A stretch of 64,000 bases of DNA from Octopus sinensis (taxonomy: Eukaryota). A program made the translations under genes and the position numbers. The stretch covers positions 47,740,001-47,804,000 of the forward strand of contig NC_043000.1 in assembly GCF_006345805.1 (NCBI RefSeq). Direction: 5' to 3'. Positions 51,648 to 64,000 of this stretch are shown here, piece after piece (within the stretch, counting starts at the first letter, position 1; each line of letters begins with the position of its first letter). The notes under the pieces are model-generated. The model saw only the letters and a list, made by a program, of their open reading frames with translations, searched no databases and was not told where the DNA came from.

Positions 51648-53938
51648 GTCATCATCATCATCATCGTCATCATCATCATCATCGTCATCATCATTTCATA
51701 GGTTGGACAGAATTTATTGAGGTAAATTTTGTATGGACTGACGCCCTGCCCGTCACCAACCTTCACTTGTTTCCAAATAATATAATATTATTACATCTGG
51801 AATTTAGATATTGGACAAAATGCATTTATCTCTCCCTAACTTTGCAACAAATATCTTTGTCAGATTATTATGCTCTGTTCAAAGCAAGCAATCCGTATCA
51901 TGAGAGTTTTCATTAATAATTTGGAATCATTTTCTCTGAGTTGTTGTGTGTATATCTTTTATGTTTCACTGCATTTACCTCACTCAAATAGTTTCTTTTT
52001 TCTTTTTTGCTTGCTTATTTGTTTTTTTTTCTTCTTTTTTTATGAATTTCTTCCCATTGATTGCATAGAACATTGAAGGAAACAGTCATTATATTTTAAA
52101 GAATTTTTCCAAGATTCTATTTAGTTATTAATCTGATTTCAGTCTGCAGATATTTCTTAAAGGCAAATATTAAAAACAATTTTTTTTTTAACATACTCCT
52201 TCTTGCGGTGATGTATTTCATTCAAAATTTTCAGAGATACATATCTGTGATTTTTTTCTGTTTATTTTTTTCACAAACTATTTAAGTGAATCATGTATGT
52301 ATATATATGCACACATGTGTGTGTGTGTGAGTGTGTGTGATATGTATATGTGTAACCATGTGTGTTATAAAAAGAAATGAAAGTTCCTTCATGATTTTAC
52401 ATTGGTCTTCTCATGGTAGATTAAATACATATTAAGAACAGCCAATTGCTATATGTTTTCATTTGTCAGCTCTTTTATGAGATATGATATGAAGTTTTGA
52501 CATTTTTTTTTTTTTGCTTTTCATGACTTGCTATTTGCTGAAATATTTTATAGTATTGCCTGTAAGGAATTTGATATAACCAATATTTTGCAGAACTTTA
52601 AAATTTTAATGCATAAGGAATTAATAAAATTGGCATTTGATTCTTACAATGAAAGCAAAAATATTGCAAAATTATTTCAACAGAAACTCAGAGTAATATC
52701 GTGTGACCATTTTGAGGAATCAGACATCAATGAAGATGTTATCTTCAAATAATATTTCACTGGAATAAAAATAAGATTTCACTTGGAAAATAATAAAATT
52801 TATGCTTGCTATGAGAGAGGATTAATATTAGTAACTAGAACTATATCAGCATTAACCGTTTTGGTAATGTGGACATTGCAAAACTTCATAATAGCTATTC
52901 TTCTAATACATGCACGGGACTTGAAAAAACCTTTCCATAATACACTATAATTTCTAACACATGAACCAATAAGAGAATGGTAAATGGAAAAAAAAATTTT
53001 TAAATGTAGGAAAAATAAAGTACCAATACAAAACTCTGAAAATGTTGAATGAGATTCATAACTATGAGAAGGAATATGTTTAAAAAATGTGTTTTTTAAT
53101 ATTTGCTTTTAAGAAATAATTGCATTATAACTTTTTTTCTTCAATGTTCTAAGCAATCAGTGAGAGTACATGACCAAAGGAAGGATAGCAATTTCATGTT
53201 CGTTGTCGGTGACCACCACCACAATCATCATCATTGTCGTCGTTGTCATCATCATTGCATGGGTTGGACAGAATTTGTTGAGGTAAATGTTGTATGGAAG
53301 GGTGCCCTTCCTGTCACCAACTCCCACTTGTTACTGTGTAATGTAATATATCTATATCACTAAATCTGTTTTCACAGGGGATTAGAAACAAAGGGAACCA
53401 CTTGCATGACAGTGTCACTTGCTTACAACAATCACACAAGGTCAAAGCAAAGAGATAGTAATACATTCCCCCCATACACACACACACTCATACACACATA
53501 TATACACAGAATTATATTTTCGTGTATACACATGTATACATAAACACACATGCTTATATACATATACTCCCATACATACATGCACATATGCATCATAATC
53601 TTTTAACATCCATTTTCCATGCTGGCATGAGTTAGATGGTTTAACCAGAGCAAGTAAGCTGGTGAGCTGCCCCAGGTTCCAGCCTGATTTGGCTTGGTTT
53701 CTATAGCTGGATGCTCTTCCTTACACAAACATATTAAAAAACATGTATCAATAAATGCTATTAATTATCCCTCTAGTATTCATATTCTTTTCTACTCTAG
53801 GCACAAAGACCAAAATGTTTGGAGAGGGTGGTGGGGCAGTCGATTAGATTGACCCCTGTATATAAGGTACTTAATTTATCGACCCCGAAAGGATGAAAGG
53901 TAAAGTCGACCTCGGCGGAATTTGAACTCAGAACATAA

Positions 53939-54322
53939 TAGGAGCACTCCGTCGGTTACGACGATGAGGGTCCCAGCTGATACGATCAACGGAACAGCTT
54001 GCTCGTGGAATTAACGTGCAAGTGGCTGAACACTCCACAGACACGTGTACCCTTAACGTAGTTCTTGAGGAGATTCAGCATGACACAGAGTGTGACAAGG
54101 CTGGCCCTTTGAAATACAGGTACAACAGAAACAGGAAGAAAGAGTGAGAGAAAGTTGTGGTGAAAGAGTACAGCAGGGTTCACCACCACCCCCTGCAGGA
54201 GCCTTGTGAAGCTTTAGGTGTTTTCGCCCAATAAGCACTCACAATGCCCGGTCTGGGAATCGAAACCGCGATCCTACGACCGCGAGCCCGCTGCCCTAAC
54301 CACTGGGCCATTGCGCCTCCAC
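53939..54322 (-). mobile_element. Young SINE (family B head, alternative 3' half) inserted in a family C SINE
   Basis: TSD ACTCAGAACATAA at 53926-53938 and 54323-54335; CpGs retained; host SINE spans about 53785-54398. Confidence 0.9.
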
Positions 54323-54603
54323 ACTCAGAACATAAAGACAGGTGAAATGCCAGTAAGCATTTCATCCGGCATGCTAACATTTCTGCCAGTTTGCCTCCTA
54401 TTTTAAAATTCATATTACTCAAATGTAATGCTTATTAATTCACATTATTTTGAATTAATCATACAGTATTGCATAGCTATAAGATTTCGATGATGTGACT
54501 TTTTACTTTTAGTATGACTTTATCTGGTAGGTGTGAGGAGCCAGATCTGGCCAGTTTAAACATAAATCAGACAGAATATTTGGGCCAGAAATGGCTAGTT
54601 TAA

Positions 54604-54820
54604 CCCTTTTGTTACCATATTTATTTTTAGATGCTCTGTGTTTCTTTCAATTAATTCTAAATATAACAAAGAATTTAGTAAAATAGTTATTATTAAGCTG
54701 GTGTTAGGAATGTAAATTGTGACTCAGGTTTGGTGGAAGATTTTAATTCAAAAGTTATGAAAACAAGACATATGTACTACAGCACCAGAGACAGTTTCAT
54801 CTGGGTTGGTATCAAAAGGG
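54604..54820. mobile_element. piggyBac-type MITE
   Basis: TTAA|CCCTTTTGTTACC ... GGTATCAAAAGGG|TTAA. Confidence 0.85.
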
Positions 54821-55524
54821 TTAAATGTTAAAAGATTAAAAATTTTGAAAACCATCTGGCACAACTTATATTTACCAAAATATTTAAATAGCTGATCTTA
54901 TTCACATTATCTTTCATACAAAGGTAGCAAGCTGGCAGAATTCTTCTCGCATTGGACAAACTGCTAGGCAGCATTTCTTCCTGAATTTTTACATTCCAGT
55001 TTCAAATTCTACTGAAGTAGACGTTCATCCACTCAGGGTTGATAAAATAGATACCAGTTGAGCACTGAGGTTGATGCACTTGACCCTCCATCCCACTTAA
55101 AACTGCCACCCTTGTGTCAAAGCTAGAAAGAATTATCTCCAGCACTTAGTGTTTTTAGATTTCAAATTAATCCTGGAGGGAGTATTTATTTACTAATTGC
55201 CATGTCATGGATAATTTCAGCTAAACAAAGTTTTTCCAACTCGTTGTACATTGTATTACAATTATGTAACACTATCATATATCTCCCTTTTATCCTTGCT
55301 TGTTTCAGTCATTAGACTGTGGCCACGCTGGAGCACTGCCTTAAAAAAATTTAGTTGAACTAATCAACTGCCAGTACTTACATATTTGAAAGCCTGGTTC
55401 ATATTCTGTTGATCCCTTTTCCGAACCACTAAGTTACAGGGACATAAACACACCAACACTGGTTGTCAAGGGGTGGTGGGTGACAAATACAGCATCAAAG
55501 ACACACACGCATACACACTCAAAA

Positions 55525-55850
55525 TAGGAGCACTCCATCGGTTACGCCGATGAGGGTCCCAGCTGATATGATCACCAGAACAGGTTGCTCGTGAAATTAC
55601 CGTGCAAGTGGCTGAGCATTCCACAGACACGTGTACTCTTAATGTAGTTCACAAGGAGTTTCAGCATGACACAGAGTGTGACAAGGCTGGCCCTTTTGCA
55701 ATACAGGTACTACTCATTTTTACCAGCTGAGTGGACTGGAGCAACATGGAATAAAGTGTTTTTGCTCAAGGACACAGTATGCCGCTGGGAATTGAACTCA
55801 CAACCTTACGATCATGAGCTGAATGCCCTAACCACTAAGCCACACACCCT
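55525..55850 (-). mobile_element. SINE with 15-bp TSD nested in a family A SINE
   Basis: TSD CATACACACTCAAAA at 55510-55524 and 55851-55865; 3' half shared with 53939-54322. Confidence 0.88.
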
Positions 55851-57402
55851 CATACACACTCAAAAACACACGTGCACATACATCATCATCATTATCATCA
55901 TCGTTTAACGTCCGTTTTCCATGCTAACATGGGTTGGACGGTTCGACCGGGGTCTCAGAAGCCAGGAGGCTGTGCCAGGCTTCAGTCTGATCTGGCAGTG
56001 TTTCTACAGCTGGATGCCCTTCCTAACACCAACCACTCCATGTGTGTAGTGGGTGCTTTTTACATGCCACCAGCACAGGGGTCAGAGGAGACTGGCAAAT
56101 GGCCATGATCAGTTGGTGCTTTTCACATGTCACCAACACGGACGCCAGTCAGGCGGCGCTGGCATCAGCTACGTTCGGACAGTGCTTTTCATGTGTCACC
56201 GGCACAGGTATCTTAACTACAATTTCCATTTGATCTTTATTTTGATGTTGGTGTTGACATACTTGACTCAATAGGTCTCCTCAAGAACAGCGAGTCACTT
56301 GACGGGCTTCTTCCAGTTTCCATCTACTAGATCCACTCACAAAACTTTGGTTAGTCCCTGGATATAGCAAAAATACATTTGCCCAAGATATTATGCTGTA
56401 TGCCTGAATCGAAAATCTTATGGTTGAGAAGCAAACTTCTTACTTTGCAGCCACATCTATTCTTATATGTATATATTATGCAGAAAACCTCTCCCTAAGG
56501 CACTTTTAGTTTCAGCTATATTAACTATATAGAAACTAGCACTCATGATTTTGCTTCATTGTGTTTCACAGGTTTTAGAAATTGAAAAAAAAAAAGATCA
56601 AAGCAAAAGAAAAACAAAATTAAAACATCAAACATACTTTAAAAAGAAACTTTGAACTTTATTCCATAGACTTATAACACTTGTCTAACTTCATGTTATT
56701 TTTACCCCATCAAAAATTATCTGGGTGTCTATTATATAAATTCTGTTGACAAGGTAACACCAAGTTATGGCTAAAAACCTGAGAAAGGAATATATAAAAC
56801 ATCCTCTCAATATTCAATTATTTATTCCACTGCAATGATTTGAAATTCATTTACAGAAATTTCTTTTCAGAATTTAGAACATATTTTTAGCAATGCTCTA
56901 TAGTGATAACTTTCTATATATGCGTATGCATAAAGGTGCATGCGTGTGAGTGTGTGTGTGTGTGTGTGTGTGTTTTATGTGTATGCAAGTGTCTGTCAGC
57001 ATTTTACTCCCTCATTCACCCCAGCTCGCACTCCCCCACCTCGTACTCCCCCACCTTTCTCTCTCTCTCTCACTCTGTATACACATACATATATATATAT
57101 ATTATTTATATAGATATGTGTATATGTATATAGCTATGTATATATATATATATAAATATATATATGTGCATATATATATTTATCATTTATCTTCTTTCTT
57201 TTCTTCTTTTTGTGTGTATATATATATGTATGTACGTATGTATGTATGTATATATGTATGTATGTATGTATGTTGTGTGTTTATGTATATGCATGGGTGT
57301 GTCTATGTGTGAAACAGATAAATACGATATCAATGGTATACAATTTAAACACCTGCTTCACAAAACATGCCATGGCAGGTATTCCATTCTCATATATGTA
57401 TG

Positions 57403-57452
<50 letters not shown>

Positions 57453-57508
57453 AATGTATATATGTATATATAAGTATCTGTATGTATACAGACATACATG
57501 AATATATA

Positions 57509-57557
<49 letters not shown>

Positions 57558-57564
57558 TTTATAT

Positions 57565-57607
<43 letters not shown>

Positions 57608-57889
57608 CAGTCACCGATCATACAAGTAAATGAGTGAATGTGTGCCTTTTTTACATGTACAGTAACATTGCCCCACATTTTCTTTCCTCTTTCTTTTTAT
57701 TATTATTATTGTTATTGCTGTTATTGTTGCTGTTGTTATTGTTAATCTAAGATAGAACTTGCATCAGTATTATTATATTTGTGTTTTATAGACACAGTAG
57801 CAGTATTCCATCGATTGGTTCATACTCTGAGCAATTGATATACTGCCAGGAAAATATGAGATCTTCAAAGAATACTATGCTGGTGAGAG

Positions 57890-57920
<31 letters not shown>

Positions 57921-58060
57921 TGTGTGTGTGCGGGTGTGAGTGTGTGTGTGCATATGTGTGTTCATGTTTATGTGTATATGTATGTATGTTTGTATGTATG
58001 TATGTATGTATATAAATTTATATCTGTATCCATCTCTGTCTCTTTCTCACTTTCTCTGTC

Positions 58061-58148
<88 letters not shown>

Positions 58149-58283
58149 CACATAGAGAGAGGGAGGAAAGAAAGAGATAGATATACATATATGTATACAC
58201 ACACAGACACACACACACACATATATGTATATACATTTTATCCTTATCTATGTGTATGTTTATATCGATATACACATACACAC

Positions 58284-58316
<33 letters not shown>

Positions 58317-58319
58317 CAC

Positions 58320-58360
<41 letters not shown>

Positions 58361-58519
58361 TATATATATATATACACATATATATTTAATCCTTATTTAT
58401 GTGTGTGTATATATATATATATACATACACATGTAAATATATACGTATGTATGTGTGTAAATATATATATATTGATATATATATATATTTACATGCATGC
58501 ATATGTATATATTTACATG

Positions 58520-58556
<37 letters not shown>

Positions 58557-59213
58557 TTCTGCTCTGTTGTTTTGATTTCTTTTGCACCATTTGTAGAAGC
58601 CTCAATAAGCATGTACTATTTGTGTTGACATAGTTTTATTTTTTATAATTTTTCTATTTTATATATTATTATTTTCATTCTTTTTTATTATTTTCACTAT
58701 TTCTGTATGGGTTTGTTTCTTTGATTATTATTAATTGTATATAATCATCATGATCATCACTAATCTCACCTTCATTTATCATTATTCGTCTTCTTTCTTT
58801 TCTCCATCTCCTTTCTCTGCCTCCTCCTACTCTTCTTCTTCCCCTTCTTCTTATTTTTCTTCTTCTTCTTCTACCCCTGCCCACTTGTCCTCTTTCTTCT
58901 TATTATTATTATTTTTATTTTTATTCTTCTACCCCTGCCCACTCGTCCTCTTTCTTCTTCCTCTTCCTCTTCTTCTTCTTCTTCTTCTTCTTCTTCTTTT
59001 TCTTCTTCGTTTCCACCTCCTCCTCCTCCTCCTTCTTCTGCATCTCCCCTACTCAACCTCTTTCTTCTGCTTTTTCTTCTTCATCTCCTCCTCCCCTCCA
59101 TATTCTCCCCTCCTCACCACCACGTTCTCCCCCTCCCCTCCTCTCCCCTACCTCCTCCTACTCTTCTGTTTCTCCTCCTCTGTCCTCCTCCTCCCCTTCC
59201 TTTTCTTCGTCTA

Positions 59214-60146
59214 TTGGTTGTCCCAAAAGTACTGATGAGTTCCAATTTTTAATAACTTTCTTAATTTCTTAAATAAATGCGTGAAAATTTGATACAATAT
59301 AAAGAACATAATGGAAATTAATATGCATAAATCAAACTTTGCAGCACTACTAAGTCACATATAGAAAATAACATCGCTTATATGGCAACCATTTTCAGTT
59401 TTGCACACCTGTGTTCTTTTCAAAACTTGCACCATAACACCCTCAAAAGTTTCAGACCCCAATTCTCTCATTTCTCTATTGATGTTCTCCTTCGGTTGCA
59501 CCAGGATCTCTGGTTTGTTGGCATGAAGCCTCTCTTTCAGGTATCCATGTTTGAAACCTTTCTGCACTCGACCAAATTAGACCTCACACATGGTTCCAGT
59601 AAGATGGGGAAACTGCTCAGACTGCAAGAGAAACAATGCAGTTGCTGTGGCAGTGCTTTGGAGAGAGAATAATCTCCCACTATGGCATTGTCAACTAGCC
59701 TTCACATTCTCCAGATTTGACTAGCCTGGATTTCTCTTATGGGGGATTCATGTAGAAAAAGACGGTTTACATCAACAAACCAGAGACCCCGGTGCAACTG
59801 AAGGAGAATGTAAATAAAGAAATCAGAGAAGTGGGGTCTGAAACCCTTGAGGGTGTTATGGTGCAAGTTTTGGAAAGAGCACAGGCATGCAAAGCCGAAA
59901 ATGACTGCCCTAAATCCTTAAATCCTTAAAAATGTTTTAGCCCGAAGGCCACGGCCATGCTGGGGCACCACTGCCATTTAAATATTGTCATTTTTCATAT
60001 GTAATGTAGTGGTGTTACAAAATTTGACTTATGTATATTAATGTCTATTATGCTCTTTATATTGTATCAAAATTTCATGCATTTATTTGAGAAGTTAAGG
60101 GAGTTATTAAAAATTAAAACCCATCAGTGACTTTTGGGACACCCTG
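59214..60146. mobile_element. Foldback Tc1/mariner-superfamily derivative made of two inverted 3' ends
   Basis: About 340-bp arms are reverse complements, and both encode the transposase C-terminus (GYLKERLHANKPE...; right arm also carries SPDLTSLDF). Terminus CAGGGTGTCCCAAAAGT. Confidence 0.85.
59910..59969 (-). mobile_element. 60-bp retroposed 3' terminus with 6-bp TSD
   Basis: TSD ACTGCC at 59904-59909 and 59970-59975; GGTGCCCCAGCATGGCC box, hairpin and (TTTAAGGA)n tail. Confidence 0.85.
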
Positions 60147-60349
60147 TGAAATGACTGCCATTAATAATGATGAAAAAATTTTGAGTAAGAAGACATAAAA
60201 GTGGGAGGAGGATGTGGAATGGAAGGGGAAGTGCGATAGCCACAGTTTGAACAACTCTCATTAGACTTCTCAACCAAAATTTGACCATGAGTTAAACAAG
60301 AGTGGCATCAACTTCACCTACACATTTACTATTGCCATTTGGTCTTGTA

Positions 60350-60597
60350 TATGACCATCGTTACTGCCACCTTAGCTGAATCACCATCACCAATATCATT
60401 ATCTTCATTGTCATCATCACCATTGTCATCATCATCATCATAGTCTTCATCACCATCACAATTGTTTTTCATTATCTCTGTCAATGACACTGTCATCATC
60501 ATCATCATCATCATTGCCATCACTGTTATTATAGCCATTGTCATCTTTATCAGCACCATCATCATCCTTATCGTTGTCCTCTTCCTCCTCCTCCTCC

Positions 60598-60634
<37 letters not shown>

Positions 60635-60835
60635 CACCATCATCATCAACTCCATCCTCATTGTCATCACTAACATCATTATCATTGTTACCAACATCCC
60701 AGTCGTCTTCATCAGTATCCTCACTACCACCACTACTATCATCATTATCAATGACAGCAGTGTTCTTAGAGTCATTGTAAACATCAACATCATACTCCTA
60801 TCCCCACCACCACCATCACCATCACCATCAATACC
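60350..60835. repeat. Degenerate (ATC)n trinucleotide tract
   Basis: Directly visible; source of the poly-I/S/M ORFs. Confidence 0.9.
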
Positions 60836-62045
60836 ATCTGGACTTCTAAATCCTAACACTATCAACCATCAGGGTTTAAACCAAAGTGTGTGACTTCACA
60901 TAAGATGGGCACTTGAGCAACAACGTATAGCAATAAAACATAAGATCTCTCCTTACTATTTTATATTAGCATTCAATGGATTAAATAGTCAGTGGTTCTA
61001 TAGGCACTTCAGTTTACAGCTAAAATGTCTATTTCGCATAGGTCTGCTCAATCATTTACGACCTAGGGTTAAACTACAAATACTATGACAACAACAATTA
61101 TTGTGGTTATGATTAAGTTTATGAGTATAACGAGGTAGTATCTTTAAGCTTCGTCATCAATGTTAATACATCCAGCCTCATCACAGTAACAAGGCTGATG
61201 TCAAAACATCACGCTGCCACTACCATCACTATCACCACCCCCACAACCCCTCCACCACCACCACCTTCGTCATCATAGTTGTCATCGTCATCATCATCAT
61301 CGACATTGTTCGTATGCTGCAACTGTCATACAGAGACACATACACACGCATACACACACATGCACACATATGTATATATATATACATATATACACACAAG
61401 CACACACATACATACACACATATATACAAATGTGAAAGCATGCTCTGCTGGACATATAATACTAGTGTGCATATAATATATGTGCCTTTATATATACACA
61501 CATGCCTGTACAAGCATATATATATATATATGTGTGTATGTGTGTGTGTTGTAAACATATGTATATCAATACATGTGTGTATGTATGTGTGTGTTTGCAT
61601 GTATTCACACACACACTCACACACACACACACACCCATAAGCCTTTAATGTCAGCATGAATCAAATATATTAGATACACATGTAAATCCCTATTTTCTAT
61701 CGATTAGGAAGGAATACGTGAGAAAGGAAACTTTCCCCCCATTTTATTGTCAGCATTTATGTATATGTACCTATTTACAATTTTATTTTATTTCTTTACA
61801 TTTTACTTATTTTATTAATTTTCTTCTCTTTTCTCTTTATTCTTTCATATCATTGTTATATTTTCTTGATGTGTTTCCAAAATATTTCTATTTCTAGTAA
61901 TAATCTTTGAAATGAATATTTCCTTTTTTATGATTTCATTTTATTTCAACATTATATGCAAGTGTGTTTGTGTGTGTGTGTGTGTGTGTGCGCTATGTAT
62001 GAATGTATATATGTATGTATTATGTATATACATATGTATGTATAT

Positions 62046-62110
<65 letters not shown>

Positions 62111-63599
62111 GTATGTATGTATGTATATATTTATATGTATGCACATAGATATAGATGATTGAATGTAAACAAATGCTTATATACACACTTAAATGTGTAC
62201 CCAGAAACACCTCCTTGTTCCAGTGGCATAAACAACCATACAATTTTATGTCATTCTCCACATTTAAAAATGCAGTTTATATCTAAAAAAAAAATAACCC
62301 ACAAGATCCACTTTCAAACATAATAATATTCAATAATTAAAGGCTTTATTTTATCAGATTTTTAACCTCTGTCAGAAATTTACATTACATGGAAACGAAT
62401 CAATCTTGTGTACCTTCAGAATGATGCTACAGAACTTATTTCTCTAATTATTTATCGTTGGTAGGTAGAATCAATTATTCTCATGATTGTAAAGGTAAAT
62501 TCAATTCCTTTAACTTTTCTGATATTCATTTATTTTATTTGTGGACGCAAAACAGTGTCATGCAAACTTGATATTTCATGTTATTGCATTTTACATTCTG
62601 CTTTGCTATGATGGATTTGAAGTTGGGAAATTATGAGTGATTATAGAGATAGTATGTATGTTTATTCATGAAGTGATTACAGAATTTAATTGCTTTGTAT
62701 ACATTTCAGGACATCTTTGCGTAGGTAATAAATATAATTTTCAATAGATTTATTTCAGTTCATGTAGTTGAAAGTAAATAAATGGCCATGTACTGTGCTG
62801 TATTAAGGCATGGACACAAGGAGCAGTTACCCAAGGGAGTCACAAGGCTAGTGTCCCCATTCTGATTTATGTCTGTTGTGGCTTGCTATCAATAAATAAA
62901 TACTATAGAGTCCACTGCATTGATTTATTCAAGGATACCTATAAAGCTACTAAGATGACCTTTGCCAAGTATTTTTAGGAATATTATTGGCAGTTTAACT
63001 TAATCCAGGAGTACAGCTAATATCTCTCTAAGGTACAAGTGTAAAACCCCACTTTGGTCATGAATGACATTAGTTTGCACCTAGAAAGTTCCCCTCCGAG
63101 GCACATATCCGGGTAAGGTTGTTTATGGAAGACCAGCAGTCACCCATGCATACCAGCTTCCTCTAACCACACTACCTATGTTATCCAAGGGAAAGTCAAA
63201 GACCAATACAGGTTGGGACCAATGATGTTGCAACTCATTTCTACAGCTGAGTGAACTGGAGTAACATGAAATAAAGTTCTTGCTCAAGAACACAGCACAC
63301 AGCCTAGTCCAGCAATTGAACCCACTACCTCATGACAGTGAGTCCAATGCTCTAACCATTGAGCTATATCCTGCAATAGCAGCAGCTCTTTGAGAAAGCC
63401 TTGCAAATACCTTATCTTGAGTGTAGTTACATAAGCACGTAAATCATGTTGATATGTCCATGAATAAGATAGCCATTCTGGCCAATGGTATCAAGCATCT
63501 CTTCTACAAGATCGGCAGTGATGGCTACAACAGAAATGAGCAACATGGACTTAATTCATGTATGATAGTCTTCTTGAATTCTTAGAGCAGTGTAGAGAA

Positions 63600-63819
63600 C
63601 CCTTTAGCGTTCAAATTAATGTGTCAATAATAATCTTTATTCATTTACATTTAAAAAAATTAATCTGGTATTATCTTGTAGCTTCAAAATTTGAAAGATG
63701 TAATGGTTTATGTTTAGAATGACATTGCAGGGTAGGTGTGAGATACTGGTTCTGGCCAGTTTGAGCATAAAATGAGCAGAATATATAGGCCGGATATAGC
63801 CGGTTTAAACACTAAAGGG
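63600..63819. mobile_element. piggyBac-type MITE (second family)
   Basis: CCCTTTAGCGTT ... AACACTAAAGGG|TTAA; left TTAA degraded. Confidence 0.7.
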
Positions 63820-63868
63820 TTAAGGTGTTTCTTCCTACCAGGACTCACTTGACCAACCAATAAAGTTC

Positions 63869-63959
63869 ATTATCTTCACATGATTTTAAACAAACAAACA
63901 GACAGGTAAATAGATTTACCATCTACCTATTTGTTCATCTAAAATCATGTGAAGATAGT
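63869..63959. repeat. About 90-bp imperfect palindrome
   Basis: TATCTTCACATGATTTTA pairs with TAAAATCATGTGAAGATA; centre GGTAAAT-AG-ATTTACC. Confidence 0.85.
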
Positions 63960-64000
63960 AGATTTTTGTCCTGATATAGTCTAAGTATCCATCAACATAA

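Noticed and set aside
52528-52752. 74-aa ORF in unique DNA
   Set aside because: Non-ATG start, AT-driven composition, no motif or convincing splice pair.
713-62261. Numerous YIYI, CVCV, poly-I/S/M/H ORFs in the ORF track
   Set aside because: They are stop-free translations of (TA)n, (CA)n, (TATG)n and (ATC)n microsatellites.
62711-62725. Plus-strand 15-nt microexon-like TTTCAG|GACATCTTTGCGTAG|GTAATA (similar weak candidates near 32542-32562 and 38414-38486)
   Set aside because: Weaker donors, no recognisable peptide, and such matches are expected by chance in T-rich DNA. They do leave the host-gene strand uncertain.

Overview
AT-rich, microsatellite-saturated animal DNA. The SINE/LINE/MITE mix and (TA)n, (CA)n and (TATG)n density look like an octopod cephalopod genome; this is inferred from repeat style, not from a search. 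There is no intact protein-coding ORF, and most ORF-track entries are microsatellite translations. Decayed transposons present: a 5'-truncated CR1/L2-group LINE with an 8-bp TSD, an R4/Dong-type RLE LINE in (TAA)n, RTE and CR1 fragments, mariner/Tc1 remnants and MITEs, piggyBac-type MITEs, non-autonomous Helitrons and many tRNA-head SINEs. The main signal is a set of short ORF-less, Penelope-like inverted-repeat elements from at least three unrelated families, each with a hand-folded type I hammerhead ribozyme with a palindromic stem III and a non-canonical core: one compensatory G3-C8 and two U3-G8. In two cases the DNA inversion point lies within a few nt of the predicted cleavage site. Two frame-compatible minus-strand exon candidates (18 nt and 72/87 nt) suggest the window is intronic in a large, alternatively spliced gene, tentatively resembling the slowpoke/BK RCK1-RCK2 linker. 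All folds and alignments were done by eye.
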